Source: Chrysomallon squamiferum (Eukaryota; Animalia; Mollusca). From it: a stretch of DNA of 64,000 nucleotides. Below, one piece after another: positions 14,195 to 29,264 of the stretch (its first letter is position 1; each line of letters starts with the position of its first letter). The DNA lies in assembly GCA_012295275.1 (NCBI GenBank), contig CM022679.1, positions 29,264,001 to 29,328,000 of the forward strand, in the 5' to 3' direction. The position numbers and the translations under genes are program-made. Under the pieces are notes generated by a model. It had not been told where the DNA came from. It saw only the letters and a list, made by a program, of their open reading frames with translations, and did no database searches.

Positions 14195-14238
<44 letters not shown>

Positions 14239-14678
14239 CTTCCTCTTTGGAATGTACTCATTATATATGCACTGACATAAAAAAAAAAAAAAAAATCTTT
14301 AAAACCACCATCAAAGATTTTTATTTTATTTTTTTTATTATTTTTAACAACAGCGTGTAACATTCCACTCGTGAAATACTGGATGTTACGTGTTACTTAT
14401 ATGCACTGTGCACATAACCCAAACCTATTGACAAACATTTTATCTGTTTTATCTGTAATCTTCATAGTCTTCTTTTCAAATACTTTTAACGACTGGCGTA
14501 AACACCAAGATGGAAATCTAGGATTGTTAACCATCCAGCGATTTTTATCTGTAAAAACAACAAAATGCCTCAAAATCAAGCGTTTATCTGAAACCATCGC
14601 ACATTTTTACCTCTTTGTAAACATCGTTCAGTTTGTACTCTTATGCAAGCTGCCTTACTCTTGTTTCATGAAACAAAT

Positions 14679-14915
14679 TACAGAGAAACCTCTGAAAACC
14701 AGACCCTCTCAAAACCAAAGTCTGCAGTCAAAAGATTTATTAAGTTTCTACACAATAAAACCTCAGTAAACCAAATATCTCTACAAACTGAACTTTTTTC
14801 TTCTTTTCTTGGTCCTGTTGATACAGTGAAACCTCTCAAAATGAAACCCTCTCCAAACTGGAAGTCCCTACCACAGTCCACAGTCCTGCATTAAACCAAA
14901 CCCTACCCAAACTGA
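14679..14915 (+). mobile_element. Degenerate copies of a Tc1/mariner-pogo-type MITE terminus (TACAGTGAAACCTCTC...)
   Basis: TACAGAGAAACCTCTGAAAACCAGACCCTCTC at ~14679 and TACAGTGAAACCTCTCAAAATGAAACCCTCTC at ~14822. TA-CAGT starts are typical of this superfamily. No matching right end was seen. Confidence 0.35.
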
Positions 14916-15319
14916 ACATTTTGAAACATCTGTTGTAAAAAAACGACCTCTGTTTTAACAGTCTTTCAGCTCTTTTGGTGGGTTTACAGATATCTGAAAC
15001 AGAAAACCTGAGATAACTGGTGTTAAAAAATACAAAACAGTTTGTTCAATTCATTCATTCATTATTATTATTAATAGCATGGTTGGTGGTTGCTATTTTG
15101 AACAGCAGTCCTGGAGTTCTTGTTAGAATGGTTTCTGTTGTAAAATAAAAGCGTTCAGATTTCAACCGTTTTCTCAAACTGGCATGAAAACTGTACCAAA
15201 GAAGGACTGATACTATAACAATTTTAAACCAGTTTTAAAATCTTCTGAGATTTTTTAAAGATACATTTTTTCTGTTTTAACAACTTTCAGCTCTGGGTTT
15301 ACCTTAATAATTTAAAGAG

Positions 15320-15432
15320 CAGTTCTGGAGCACTTGTCGGAATGAGAAATAGACTCATGGATTTATCACGGAGGACTGTACCTATGACCTTTCACATGCG
15401 AGTCGAGAACTCTAATCTCAGCCACTGAGTAA
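15320..15432 (-). mobile_element. Degenerate tRNA-derived SINE head
   Basis: The minus strand reads TACTCAGTGG (A-box-like), then GGTACAGTCC (decayed B-box), then CTATTTCTCATTCCGACAAGTGCTCCAGAACTG. This resembles the core of molluscan tRNA-SINEs as recalled; it was not searched. Confidence 0.5.
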
Positions 15433-16482
15433 CAAAGGATTAACACACTGCTCTGTGAAGGAAGAGTTTGAAGACTGCTGAGAGATCTCACAAAATAAAA
15501 TTAACTCTGGTTTTAAAACGTTCACCTGATTAACTGCGACTGTGGGCAGCTCCAAGACGAGGGAAAGTCTCACGAAGACGTCTGACATGAGAAAGATTCG
15601 AGCAATTACGACAAATCTCCTTTTCTAAGGCACCGTTGTGTGAAACCGGATTTTGTTTTATTGAAGTAAATGCTGGAAAAATCAGGTTACCCCTCATTAC
15701 AGGCTGCCAGGCAGGCAGACCAAGCGTCATTTCATCTGAGATTTACACAACATTAGCAAGCAGCAGTCAGGAAGAGGCATCAGCAGTCCACATTTTCATT
15801 GTCGTTATTTTTCTCTTCTTTTTCTTTTTTTTCTCCCCCCCTTTACAAGAAGCTCCACCGTTAGTTAGATATCAAATTAATCTTCATTCTTTCGTAATTA
15901 AAATGGCTTCCACAGTCTCAGGCCTTGCCTTCCCCGTGGTGTGCAAGAATGGGAAATAATGGTGATAGGATTACAGACGTACAGTTGTTTGTGATGGGCA
16001 ATTCTGCGGCAGTCTTCAATACAAAGTGAGAAGAAAATTTCTTTTAACAAGCTCGGAACATTCTGAGTGTGAATTGTATGTGGTATCACACACACACTGT
16101 TATTGACTGCAGGCTTTGCTGAAAGAATACTTTTCAATCTGCAGTCCATTTATTGTCACAAAGATGCTGCCAAGGATGGCACAGAATAGGACAAGGTAGT
16201 TACGTGAGGACCACAGGGAATATGGCTTTAAAGTAATGCAGTAAGGACTTTGCAGAACATGGCCATAAAGTTTCATGAAATGAAGACATATAATGACTAT
16301 AAAGTTATTTAAGAACTTTACGGAATATTACAGTAAAGTTATATATTAATGATATAACAACACAAAAATATGACCAAGAAGTTATATGATATGGACAGAA
16401 GAGAATATCACAATAAAGTTGTATGTTATAACAGAATGTAATGATCATAGAGATTATAAAGTTATATGTTATGGACTACATA

Positions 16483-16655
16483 GAATATGACTGTAAAGGT
16501 ATGTTTGATAACCATACAGGTCTATGAAGTTATATGTTATGGAATATGACTGTAAAGGTATGTTTGATAACCATACAGGTCTATGAAGTTATATGTTATG
16601 GAATATGACTGTAAAGGTAATGTTTGAAACCATACAGGTCATGAAGTTATATGTT
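16483..16655. repeat. 59-bp minisatellite, ~3 copies, with more degenerate units upstream from ~16200
   Basis: GAATATGACTGTAAAGGTATGTTTGATAACCATACAGGTCTATGAAGTTATATGTTATG at 16483 and 16542, with a variant copy at 16601. Confidence 0.9.
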
Positions 16656-16807
16656 TAGGATGAAAAACATTTGATTATAACATTTTATTTTTAACTTTTA
16701 TAAAATATAAAGTTACATTAAATATTCACTGAATCTGTCATCAAGAAATTACCTTTTAGTAATAACATTTATTTTTCCATTTTATTTTTTATTTTTTATA
16801 TTAGTTA

Positions 16808-16850
<43 letters not shown>

Positions 16851-18684
16851 ATTTTTATTATTATTATTATTACTTGAGATTTTAGCAGTTCCTAATGACA
16901 ACAAAGATTTAACGTTTCTGAGATAAATGAAGCAGGTAAGTTAGGTATGGAAAAAAACAAAATGTTGAAAAATCTCACTGATACTCTAACGAAATCTGAC
17001 TCTCCTGGCTATGCCCTTGTTCTCAAACAATGAACAGTGCTAAAAAACACAACCGAGTGCCATCCAATATGAAATGTAATTATCTTATGCGATATAATAC
17101 ATCTTCATAAAGCAACACATGAAACCACAGTACAGCTGCGACTGCATGCGATTTGCATAACGTCGCCATCGATGTCACTGAAACTCTGTCGCTCGAAGAA
17201 AAGATGACAAAAAATATGTCGTAATAAATTTGTTTGGGGCGCAAGACGATATTTTCAAATCTAGAAAAGAACAGAATGTTCATTATAATGTGGAAAACAA
17301 ACGCACGGGAAAGATGACAGCTGTAAGACTTGAGTGCGAAACCGAAAATAAAAGCCTATTAATGTGGTATATGGCATAAAAAAAAATTAAATTTAAAATT
17401 TTATAAGTTAATTTGTGTGTGTGCGTGCGTGTTTAAGGACAGACAGTTTTTAAAAGAAATAAAAATATGTTTACTATTACAGATAAAATGAGATTTACAG
17501 AAATATACATATTTATGTGTGTGTGCTATGAGGAAGTGAATGTATATGTTTGAGTGTATGGCAGTGTGTATACGCATGTGTGAATGTATGTTTGTGTGGG
17601 CATGTGTGTTTAGTCAGTTTGTATAAAGATATATAGGTGTCAAAGTATTTTTATTTTATTTATTGTTTCTTTGAAATCTAAAAATAAATTTTGAAAAATA
17701 AAAATAAAAATAATGAATTAATTCTAAACTCAGTCATTTTAAGCATAATTAAAAAAAAACCCAAAACACAGAAATATTTTACTTCTGACTCAAAACTGAA
17801 AAATAAATAAACAAGAAACGCAAGTTTAAACTGAACATCAAAGAGTTTTTTTTATTTTTTTTTATTTCTTTCTTTCCGCTATCTCAATGTTACCTAAACC
17901 TTAACCCCTCTAGCTGTTTGTGAGTGGAGTTAATCCTGGGATTAACCCCAAAAGAGGATTAATTCAGTCAATCAAAGGCAGCTTAATAATGCAGTAAAAA
18001 TTAATCTGTGGAAAATAGCACCTCGCATTTCTTTAAACACTTCTGAATGGAAAATTTTCCTTTCTAGTTTTTCTGCTTTGCTTTAGAAAAGAAAACAAGC
18101 AAACCAACACTCAAACAAGAAAGAAAGATTAAAAAGAAATGAGAAAAAAAGAAAGAAGGAACAGAAAACAAAGGAGTAAAGTGGAATGAAAGAAAGAAAA
18201 ATAAAGAAAACGGAATAGAAATTTTAAAAAAAAAAAAAAAAAGAAAGAAAGAAAGAAAGTATAAAAGAGAAAGATAAATAAGAAAATTTGAATGAAAGAA
18301 TGAAAAAACAGGAAAGAAAGAATGAAAGAAGAGAAGAGAAGAGAAAAGAAAGGAAAAAAGGAAAAAGGAGAGAGATTTAAAAAAAGGGGTTTTTTTTTTT
18401 AGGGAAAGTTACAGTGATGAAAACAAATTTATGGTTAGATTACTGACAATTTACTTCTGTAAAAGATGATCAAAGAAAAAAGTTAAGGATGATTAAACAT
18501 CAAAGGAAATTAGTAAACTTTAAATGTTCTTTAGGCAATGTATTTTTAAAAAAACACTTTTAAAAAATCAACATGAGGTAAAAGAAGATACCAGGAAATG
18601 ATAATATATCATGTAATACACAGGCAGAAAAAGTGAAAGAGACACAGACAGAGAGAGAGAGAGAAAAAAAAAAAACAGACACTG

Positions 18685-18739
<55 letters not shown>

Positions 18740-20033
18740 AAAACGGAAATAAAGAGAAACAGAGACAAAAATAGAACAAATAACAGAGACACAGAGAAAG
18801 TAACAGAGAAAGAGACAGACACATACACAGACAGACTGACAGACAGATACAGAAATATACAGACAGACACAGTCTAAATACTGAATAAACTACAGCAGAC
18901 TACTTTTTAAAAACGAAGCCCCCCTGTAACTGGTAACTGAGGGTAAAATGTACTTTCTGTATTAAATCTGAACATGTTTTGAACCTCTGTGACAATGCGT
19001 GCACCTCCTGCTGGCTTCATTCAGTCTGAATTCGCGTATGAAGATGTTGAAAGTGTGATTTAATGCAGTGAGGACATCAGAGAACGAGAGCAGACAGGAG
19101 TCAGTGAGCTGGTGTTGCCACCTGTTGGGTTTTAACTGCTCTAGCTTCGCTGTGAGTCACAGCACAACAATGTGACGCTTATCAGTTCAAATCTTGTGTT
19201 CTGTACTTCCAAATACACAAACATTATGAATAAAAGATAATAACAGGTAATTAAGTAAGTAAGGAAGGAAGGAAGGAAGGAAGTAAATAAGTAAGTAAAT
19301 AGAAAGAAAGAAAGAAAGAAAGAAAGATAAATAAATATGTAAATAAATAAACAAGTAAATAAATAAACAAAAACTAAAAACGATTTAAGAAACAAAACAA
19401 TAACAGAACAAATTTAATAATAAAATAAACGAACAAATAACAGAAAACATAATAAATAATAAAAATAAATAAATAAATGAAACAAATTTAAAAGAAACCA
19501 AACAACCACAAAAATGCTATAACAGAAAATATATATATATATATATATAAAAAAAAAAATAAACAGTTCAAATCACTCCATGTTTATTCATAAGATGGTT
19601 AATTTCAACTCGAATGTTCAGGCAGACATCTTCAAAAAGTCAGGTAATTTATAATGAACTGAGAAACAGTATACTGAGGGCAGGGGGAGGTAGCGGGAGG
19701 CAGGGGGAGGTAGGGGTCTCGTGGGGCTCCATGTAGACAAATGAAACCAAGAGGAATTCTGGGATTGAGAAGGTGACAGGAAGAGAACTCAAGCACTGGT
19801 GTACAAAGTGAAGAAAAATGTTAGGATATTCAGAGATAAAGTTGAGTAAGATGTTAATGTGGAATTTCTCTGTACTGCTGAGCTTGTTCTTGCATACTGA
19901 GATCTGAAATTCTACTGCGTTGTTAAAACAGAACTTGGTCATTATGACGGAAAGTAGAACAGATTAAATTTAAGACGCTATTTACTGGTTTAATGCAAAA
20001 AGTGTTTTGCTTTTCTGTGTTTATGTATGTATT

Positions 20034-20070
<37 letters not shown>

Positions 20071-20694
20071 ATTTGTATTTGTATGTTGGTGTGTATGTGG
20101 GTTTGTGTGTGTGTGTGTATGTGTGTGTGTTTGTGTATATATAAAACACTCTCTCTCACATACACACACACACATACACATATAAACACCACTTGGTGGA
20201 CTAAAGATCTTTCAAGCAGCAGCAAAGACTCTTTGCTATGTACCAACCCATAAACAGCAAAATACGTATCATGACCTGTGACAAATCAGTTATGGGGAAC
20301 AGGTTGGATCAGAAATTAGCCCAGTTTAGCACTGAAAAAATACTGATAGAAAGAAGAAAGTAAATATAAGAGCCTAAGAAGAAATAGAAAGATAAAGAGA
20401 GAGAAGCAAAGAGTTAAGGAAGGAGTGAAACAAAAACAAAAAAAACAACTAAGAAATAAAAAGACCAGAGAGACAACTGAAATGTTTGTAACAGAAGAGA
20501 AAATAAAAAACACAACATAAAAAGAAAACCTTTCACACACCTCTCTCAGTCGCCATGACAACACGCAGCATGAGGTCAGCCTTCATTATCTAACCCCTGG
20601 CATTTTAACTGATCTGCAATAAAAATATTTTAAACCTGGGCGTGACATCAGCTTACAGCAATAACCCACCACCTCATTATGCAGTAGTTATTAT

Positions 20695-21010
20695 AATGTA
20701 GTTGTTATACACACTGTGTAATGTAGCTATTATACACTGTGTAATGTAGTTATTGAACACTGTATACTGTATAATATAGTTATTGTACACACTGTAGTTA
20801 TTTTACACACTACACACTGAAGTTATTTCACACACTACACACTGAAGTTATTTCACACACTACACACTGAAGTTATTTCACACACTGTATATGGCAGTGA
20901 GTTCACACACTGCACACTGTATATGGCAGTGAGTTCACACACTGCACACTGTATATGGCAGTGAGTTCACACACTGCACACTGTATATGGCAGTGAGTTC
21001 ACACACTACA
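20695..21010. repeat. Compound minisatellite (25-bp CACACTACACACTGAAGTTATTTCA units grading into 32-bp CACACTGTATATGGCAGTGAGTTCACACACTG units)
   Basis: Tandem units are directly visible, and the unit type shifts along the array. Confidence 0.9.
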
Positions 21011-21929
21011 CACTAACAGGACATAAACTTGCTACACTTGCTATCTTTGACCTTTCACAACGGCGGTCATTTGAGACGGATGGTGGATGCAGCTTTGGTG
21101 GATCCACTTTATCGCCACGGCAACACAATGGCTGACAACTCGATTGTCTTGTCACAGTGTCTGGACAAAAGGGGACGAGCAAGGTGGGATTAATGTAAAG
21201 AGATTCCTTTACAGAATGACCGGTGGTCAGGTGAACCGAATGACAAATGTTTATCTCTTGAAGGTTTGTTGGCTTGTGACAGGCATTTGACAATATCACT
21301 TGACAAGACCTTCTGATGGGTCATAATGACCTGAACTAGACACGAACACATTGAAATAAATAAAATAAAATAAAATAAAATAAAATAAAATAAAATAATA
21401 AATAAATAAGTAAATAAAATAAAATAATATAAAAAAAAATAAAATAAAATAAAATAAAATAAAATAAAATAATAAATCAGACTGGAAATTAATGGTTACA
21501 GCAATGCATAACTCTGAGGTCAGAGGTCACCCCTAAAATATGTAGTACCCAGGATCAATACTCATCAAGTCACCCGTTGTCAACATTCAGAAAGGTACAG
21601 AGTCAGAAAGACAGACAGACAGACAGTGACAAACATAGATAGACATAGAGATATAGACAGAGATATAGACATAGACAAATAGACAGACATAGATATATAG
21701 ACATATAGAAAAATACAGCATTTAGATAGCTATAAAGACAGACATATAGACAGACTTTTGGACAGACTTACTGACATGCAGACAGAGAGACAACCACACA
21801 TACCCACATATTTAGATAGAAAAATACACGCTCAAAAAAAATAAAAAAATAAAAAAATAAAATAAATAAATAAATTATCCCTAAAAAAAACCCAACAACA
21901 TTATGATGATTAAAAATCATTGAAGAACA

Positions 21930-22836
21930 GAAGTTAATTTGTTCAGAAGAACTGGTTTGAAAGTAAACCTCAGACACAGACTGGTTTGAAAGAAACCTCA
22001 GACACAGAAGTTAGTTTGTTCAGTAAGAACTGGTTTGAAAGTAAACCTCCTCGGACACAGAAGACAGTTTGTTCAGTAAGAACTGGTTTGAAAGTAAACC
22101 TCAGACACAGAAGTTAGTTTGTTCAGTAAGAACTGGTTTGAAAGTAAACCTCAGACACAGAAGTTAATTTGTTCAGTAAGAACTGGTTTGAAAGTAAACC
22201 TCAGACACAGAAGTTAATTTGTTCAAAGAACTGGTTTGAAAGTAAACCTCAGACAAAAAAATAAATTCAAAACTGGTTTGAAAGTAAACCTAAATAAATT
22301 AATTTGTTCAAAGAACTGGTTTGAAAGTCCTCAGAAAAATTTGTTCAGTAAGAACTGGTTTGAAAGTAAACCTCAACACAGAAGTTAATTTTTCAGTAAG
22401 AACTGGTTTGATTAAAAAGTCAGTAAGAACTGGTTTGAAAGAAACAGACACAGAAGTTAATTTGTTCAGTAAGAACTGGTTTGAAAGTTTGAATTTGTTC
22501 AAAAGAACTGGTTTGAAACCCTCAGACACAGAAGTTAATTTGTTCAGTAAGAACTGGTTTGAAAGTAAACCTCAGACACAGAAGTTAATTTGTTCAGTAA
22601 GAACTGGTTTGAAAGTAAACCTCAGACACAGAAGTGAATTTGTTCAGTAAGAACTGGTTTGAAAGTAAACCTCAGACACAGAAGTTAATTTGTTCAGTAA
22701 GAATTGGTTTGAAAGTAAACCTCAGACACAGAAGTTAATTTGTTCAGTAAGAACTGGTTTGAAAGTAAACCTCAGACACAGAAGTTAATTTGTTCAGTAA
22801 GAACTGGTTTGAAAGTAAACCTCAGGCACAGAAGTG
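21930..22836. repeat. 50-bp minisatellite, ~18 copies
   Basis: Unit GAAGTTAATTTGTTCAGTAAGAACTGGTTTGAAAGTAAACCTCAGACACA. The period is exactly 50 bp from 22531 to 22831, and central copies carry deletions. It explains ORFs 22308-22529 and 22321-22650. Confidence 0.95.
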
Positions 22837-23101
22837 AAGTGCAAACTGTTCCACGTTTTGGAAAACCTGGAGAAGGTTGTAGACTGTCAGTGGTGTATTG
22901 ATCTGAACGTTTTTCTGTCAGCCACAGCAGGACACAATTACAGCATTAGACATACTTGAGACAAGTGTACACATGTCTGTGTGTGTGTGTGTGTGTGGCT
23001 GTGTCTGTCGGTCGGTCTGTCTCTCTATGTATTGTGTATACGTTTTACGCACAATTTAGTGTGCAATGTGTGAAGGTATGTATTTATATATGTGTGTGTG
23101 T

Positions 23102-23154
<53 letters not shown>

Positions 23155-24473
23155 CATGTGTGCATCACAGAGTGATGGTGTCTATTTCTTTTTTTTTTTT
23201 CAAGAATGAGGCAGACATTCAGAAAGAAAGGAAGAAAAAGAAACAAGTCAGGCAGAGAGAGAGAAAAAAATTTAGATGAAAAATATTACATATAATAGTT
23301 GTGTGAACATTTAAAAAAAAAACACACCCACAACAACAACATGAACCAGAAATAAAGTTAAAAGCAAAATAATAATTTAAAAAAAAAAAAAAAAAATACA
23401 CGTCTTGTCACCATTTGTATTTATCTTCTTTCCGTTTCACACAATTATATTCAGTTTATTTAAATCACAGAGTGAAAAAAAAAAAAAGACCAATAACAGA
23501 CACAGCTTGATGCTATACAAAAGAGTAAAAAGAAAAAAAGAAAAAAACCCACACACACACTCTTCTGGAGATAACAAAAAAAAAAAAAAACTAAAATAAA
23601 AATACTCCGATAAGTGATTTTATAGAAAATTTAATATCCTTCGCGACTTGCCAATGAAGTCTATTAGTGAACATCAATGGTGTTTTTACTGCATATATTC
23701 AGACTGTGGTGCAAATGCCAGCAGGGAGGAATTCTCTCGGGCAGAAACACTTGGGGAGGAAATTAAAGTCACTGCAGTGTACAAAAACATGGCAAAATCA
23801 CAGCCCAAATATTTTTCTTTTATTCACTAGAGTTAGCTAATGTGTGTGTGTGTGTGCAATCAGAACTGGTTGTTAGGTAATTATTACAGTTACCATGGGA
23901 ATTCTTCACGTCATATCTAGCATAATAATTAGTGGTAAAGATTTTTTATTTTTTTTTTTTAAATTATGATAGTATATATTTATTATTATTATTACTATTA
24001 GTAGTAGCAGTAGCAGTAGTATTGTTATTCTTTTTTTCTTTTTTTTTACATTTTTATCTTGTTTATGTATATAGATATATAAAATTAATGTTTTTGATAT
24101 GGAACATGAAAGAAAAATAAATAAATAAAAAGAATGAGAAATAAAGAAAAAGAAAAGAAAAACTACACTTATTGTACAAATACCTGTATGTGATTTCAGT
24201 GTTTTCCTGAGACTGTCATCTTGACTGCACACACACACAATACACACACACAATACACAAACACACAATACACACAATGTAACACAGTAACACAATAACA
24301 CACACATATACACACACAAACACAATAACACACACATGCACAGACATGCACGCACACACACACATACACAATCACACACAATACACACACATTCACACAC
24401 ACAAACCAATACAACATTCATATTTAACAAATTCATTAAAATAATCCATCCCTCTGAATTTAGCTAATGTATC

Positions 24474-24507
<34 letters not shown>

Positions 24508-25684
24508 CATAAACATACAAAAAGTCACAAAAGACACACCTATACACACACAGACACAAACACAGGAAAACAAAAACAGATAAAAGATTTCATGGCTTTT
24601 ACAAATTTACAGCAGAAACTATAATGTCAACATCATCATCATCATCATCATCATCAACTGTAGTATTAACTACAGTATCAACTGCAATATCCTGAGCACT
24701 ACTACGGTATCAACACTAACTGAAATATCAACAGTAATTGTTGTTTCAGGTAAACTGTGAACAGCAGCAATGTAAAGCTGACAGTTGCACTTATTTAATT
24801 ATATTCTTCTTTTTTTTTCTTTAAAGAAATTAATTACTTTAATATGTGGGAAAAAAACAACAAAGAAACGATAAAAAAAAAATTAAATTCTGAACTAGTT
24901 GTTCATGTTAAAATGTAATAAAGAAAAAAAGGAACATCACAAGTACAGTGTATTGAATTTACTGGATGCTTTTGTTTTGTTTTTGGGTGGTTTATTTATA
25001 CTTGAGTCTGTTTATTTATTTATTTATTTATTTATGCTTGTATTTATTAATCCTTTGATTTTAATTATTTTATAATGTTACTAATTTTAGTATATCTGTT
25101 TTCTTTGTAATAATAATTAAATATTTAATTATTTATTTAGGTGTAAGTTAAGTTAAGTTTATTTTTATTTTATTATTTTTTCTTCTTCTACCTTGCTTGG
25201 TTGGGTTCAAGACAGATTTAAAAAAAAAAAAAAAAATTCTGTCTTTTCAAATTTAAATTATTTCTATTTTAAAAAAAAAAAAAAAAATATTTGTATTTCA
25301 AGGTTATATTTAATGTTCTTAACTTTCAGCTTGAAATAAAATACAGCGATATTTTTTTTCAAGTGGTTTCGTCCAACTGAGTTATAAATTACCCACACCC
25401 TGTACTCTGAAACTGAACTTATTCCTTAAACCTATCTGGCTTTAAAGCAAACAGAAAACAGTTTAAGGTAATAATAGCACAGAAGATTTGGTTGTTGTTG
25501 TTGTTGTGTGTGGTTTTTCGTTTTCTTGAGCAGACATATTGGGTTTCAAAAATGTCATTATTAAATGGATGAGTTCTGGAATTTTTGAGGCCATGCTGTT
25601 TTTGACAGCTTGTGTTCTGGTTAGGAAAGAATTAATTTTTCTTTAATGGAAATTTGATATGTTTATGCAGGCATGTTGTGTGTT

Positions 25685-25717
<33 letters not shown>

Positions 25718-26126
25718 TTTTTTTTTAACTGATTGGGAGAGATAAGCAAAAAGACAAGAAAAAGTTGAAGAAAGTCAAACTGACAATTAAATACAGTTTA
25801 AGTTCTCCATCGTACATATACTGACAAACTTACTGAGAGACAGAAAAAACAGAGAAAAACTCAATTTTCTTTATACATAACAATGAACATTCAGATAAAC
25901 AGAATGTTTTACAAATAAGGACTTGGTGAGTCTTTTTATCTTGAATATGTATGAGACAGATTTAAATCAGTCTTTATGTGACAGACAGACAGAGACATAT
26001 ACACATATAGACAGACAGACATACATATATACAGACAAAGACAGAGACAGAGAGAGAGAAACAGACAGACAGAGTATAGAATAGTAACAGACAGAGACAG
26101 AGAGAAACAGACAGAGAGAGAGAGAC

Positions 26127-26159
<33 letters not shown>

Positions 26160-26963
26160 GAGAATTTAATTTAATTTAATTTAAAACACCTCTCTTCCAG
26201 ACTAACAACTTATGATCACAGACAAAAAACGTCAGGGTGCTGTCAGGGTGCTGTCAGTCCTCCGAACCTGACAAACCACATCACCATCAGCAAACATGCC
26301 ACAACATGGACGCTGACCACTGGTCAACAACATTCAGACCACCAGTATCTCCTAATTACGGAGATGAAATTGGATGAAGTCACACACACAGAATTCATTT
26401 CATGCGGAGAAAGCTTTCAGGATAATTGGACAGACCCAAGTCTTCAGAAACATCTCGCAGAGAATCCAGTAAACCTCACTGTATGAGAGACCCAGCACCC
26501 AGCCAGTTTTAACCAGACTGGTAAAACACACACACACACAGAGAGAGATAGGAAATGAAAAAAAATAAAGTGATGAATTTTCATGCAGCTATTAAGTTAA
26601 TTAGGTGATAATTTAATTAGCAGACTGATGATTCAGAAAAATAAAATAATTTAAAAAAATCATGAGCCAAGGATTAAAAAAAAAAAAAAAAAAAAAAAAA
26701 AGGATAAAATGATTAACCTCAGAAAAAAATTTCTGAGAAAAAAGAAAAGAAAAAAAGAACCTTGCTGCTGTCTGTTGATGCTTATTGCAAGGATGCTGTA
26801 GTTACATGAGCTTGGTGTGTAGTAAGAGGTATTATGCAGAGTTGTTAAAATGAAATATAACATTAGATATAAAAGTGTAACCCCAGCAGAAGTTGGAGTA
26901 AGTGCCTTTGATTTGGAATATGTGGTAAGAAAAATCTCATGTACGTATGTGTATATAGGTAAC

Positions 26964-26996
<33 letters not shown>

Positions 26997-27903
26997 ACCA
27001 TACATTTTCCACCACTTACCATTCTCTCCATCTGCAATTACAACAGAAAAGCACAGCTGAACACACACACAAACTTCACAACAGATACGTCCATTTCCAC
27101 TGCTTCCGTTCTCAGGGTGGAAAACTGTCCAGCTCATCAAGACATCAAAGAGCTGACCAGAGGTCAATACCAGGTAAATATATGTCCAATCTTTACACCA
27201 AGTTGCTAATAGTGTGCACAAAGAGAAGTGCAAATACTTTGAAGGTGTCTGTGTTTTCACGTATACAATTTTTATTGTTTTGTAAGTGACAGGTAATGAA
27301 AACATGGTGGGGAGACATAACTGGAAAACTACTTTAATCATGTTTAAATATGTTTTTGTGGTAATAGTTCTGTCGTTTTGAGAATCAGACAAGCAGATTA
27401 AAAAAATATGGAATGCAAAAAAACAGAAAGAAAGAGTAGGAAAACAGAATGTGTGCTGATGTCCACCTGTGATAAACTTTTTTATGACATTTCTGTTTAT
27501 CAAAAGAGAAGTGATGTGTTTTGAGAACATGGACACCGAAAGAGGGATAGCAGAGAGAGACAAACAGATAATGAGAGAGAGAGACAGTCAGACAGACAGT
27601 CAGTCAGAGAATATGAGAGAGAAAAGAAGAAAACAGTGAAAGAAAATAAGAAGAAAACCAAAAGAGAAGAAAAAGAGAAACTTTGAGATTTATGCTAACC
27701 TCTGAGTTTTACTTGTCTTTAAAATTAATTGTTATGAATGAAAACATGGACCGATACACTTACAACATTATCACAGTCCACTAGGAGATGGTGAAAAAGA
27801 AACAAACACACACACACACAGAGAAAGACAAAGAATGAGAAAGAAACAGACTAAGAGGGGATAAAAGAAACAAAGAGAGAGAGAAACAGAGAGAGACACA
27901 TAC

Positions 27904-27965
<62 letters not shown>

Positions 27966-28493
27966 TCAGGCAAACACACAAAATGAGGGAGAAACACAGC
28001 TGAAGGTTCAGTGTTTGCACAGCAAGGTGTTTTCTGCCGCTGATAACATTACGGTCCATTAGAGATATAATTAAGTGTGAACTTATATTGACTGACCGAT
28101 TGACCGGCTGACAAAAGGTACCTGAACGAACCGTGGCAGATTTGTCACTGAAGCCAGCAGGTAATTTCTACCTGGACACACGGAGTGACAGTCAGTTCAT
28201 GGCTAGGTGGTACTAGAGTCTGCAACTCCAATCAAGAGAGTGTAACTCCTTTGTCACCTGTCACTGTCACCTTTGTTTTCTCTCTGCTGCCTGTCACAGG
28301 TGCAGAGTCTTGTTAAACAATGCAATTAGCAAGCACACACGCCTTCATCGTTAGAGAAAACACCATAGGCATGTGGGGGGGGAGGTCGTTGAATTAGAGG
28401 TGATGTAATTGAACTTTTGTGTGAGGAGTTCTGACAATTTTTGTACATCCCAGTCATTTTAAATTGTTTTTATATAAAAACAATGGGGGCTGG

Positions 28494-28555
<62 letters not shown>

Positions 28556-28752
28556 GAGAGACATAGAAAGAGAGAGAGAGAGAGACATAGAAAGAGAGAG
28601 AGAGAGACAGAGAGAGACAGAGAGAGAGACATAGAAAGAGAGAGAGAGAGACAGAGAGAGACAGAGAGAGAGACATAGAAAGAGAGAGAGACATAGAGAG
28701 AGAGAGAGACATAGAAAGAGACAGAGAGAGAGAGAGAGAGAAAGAGAGAGAG
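28494..28752. repeat. Compound (TG)n/(GA)n microsatellite with GACATAGAAA interruptions
   Basis: Directly visible. Confidence 0.9.
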
Positions 28753-29213
28753 TGTATGTCATGTATGTGACATACTGAAAAAAAGAAAATTGAAAAAAGA
28801 AAAAAAAAATGAGAGAAAGACTGTAAGAAGCAAAAAGACAGAATAAGAAAATTCAAGACATTGTTGTTTTTTTATATAAAAATTAACAGAAGCTGAACAT
28901 AAATTAATTTGTCACGAAAATTAGTCATAACACACTGTTAAACATCAATTTTATAAAATTTATTTTGATTTTGATTTGATTTTATTATTATTATTATTAT
29001 TATTATTTTTTTTTTTTTTCATGGATTTCTTTCAGGCTATTCGAGAAAGCATTATTAAACCAAATTAAATAATTAATTAATCACTTCCTAAAAAAAAAAA
29101 AAAAATAATAATAATAATAATAAAAAAAAAAACCAGTATAAATTCAAATAAAAGCTCTGTTAAGATGAATCAGGAACCCAGAGGCAACATCTGGTATTAA
29201 AAAAAAAAAAAAA

Positions 29214-29264
<51 letters not shown>

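Noticed and set aside
22308-22650. Repetitive ORFs on both strands
   Set aside because: Translations of the 50-bp minisatellite.
26937-27563. 208-aa minus-strand ORF and a possible plus-strand exon at ~27117-27173
   Set aside because: No recognisable domain, it includes a (CA)n tract, and no partner exons were found.
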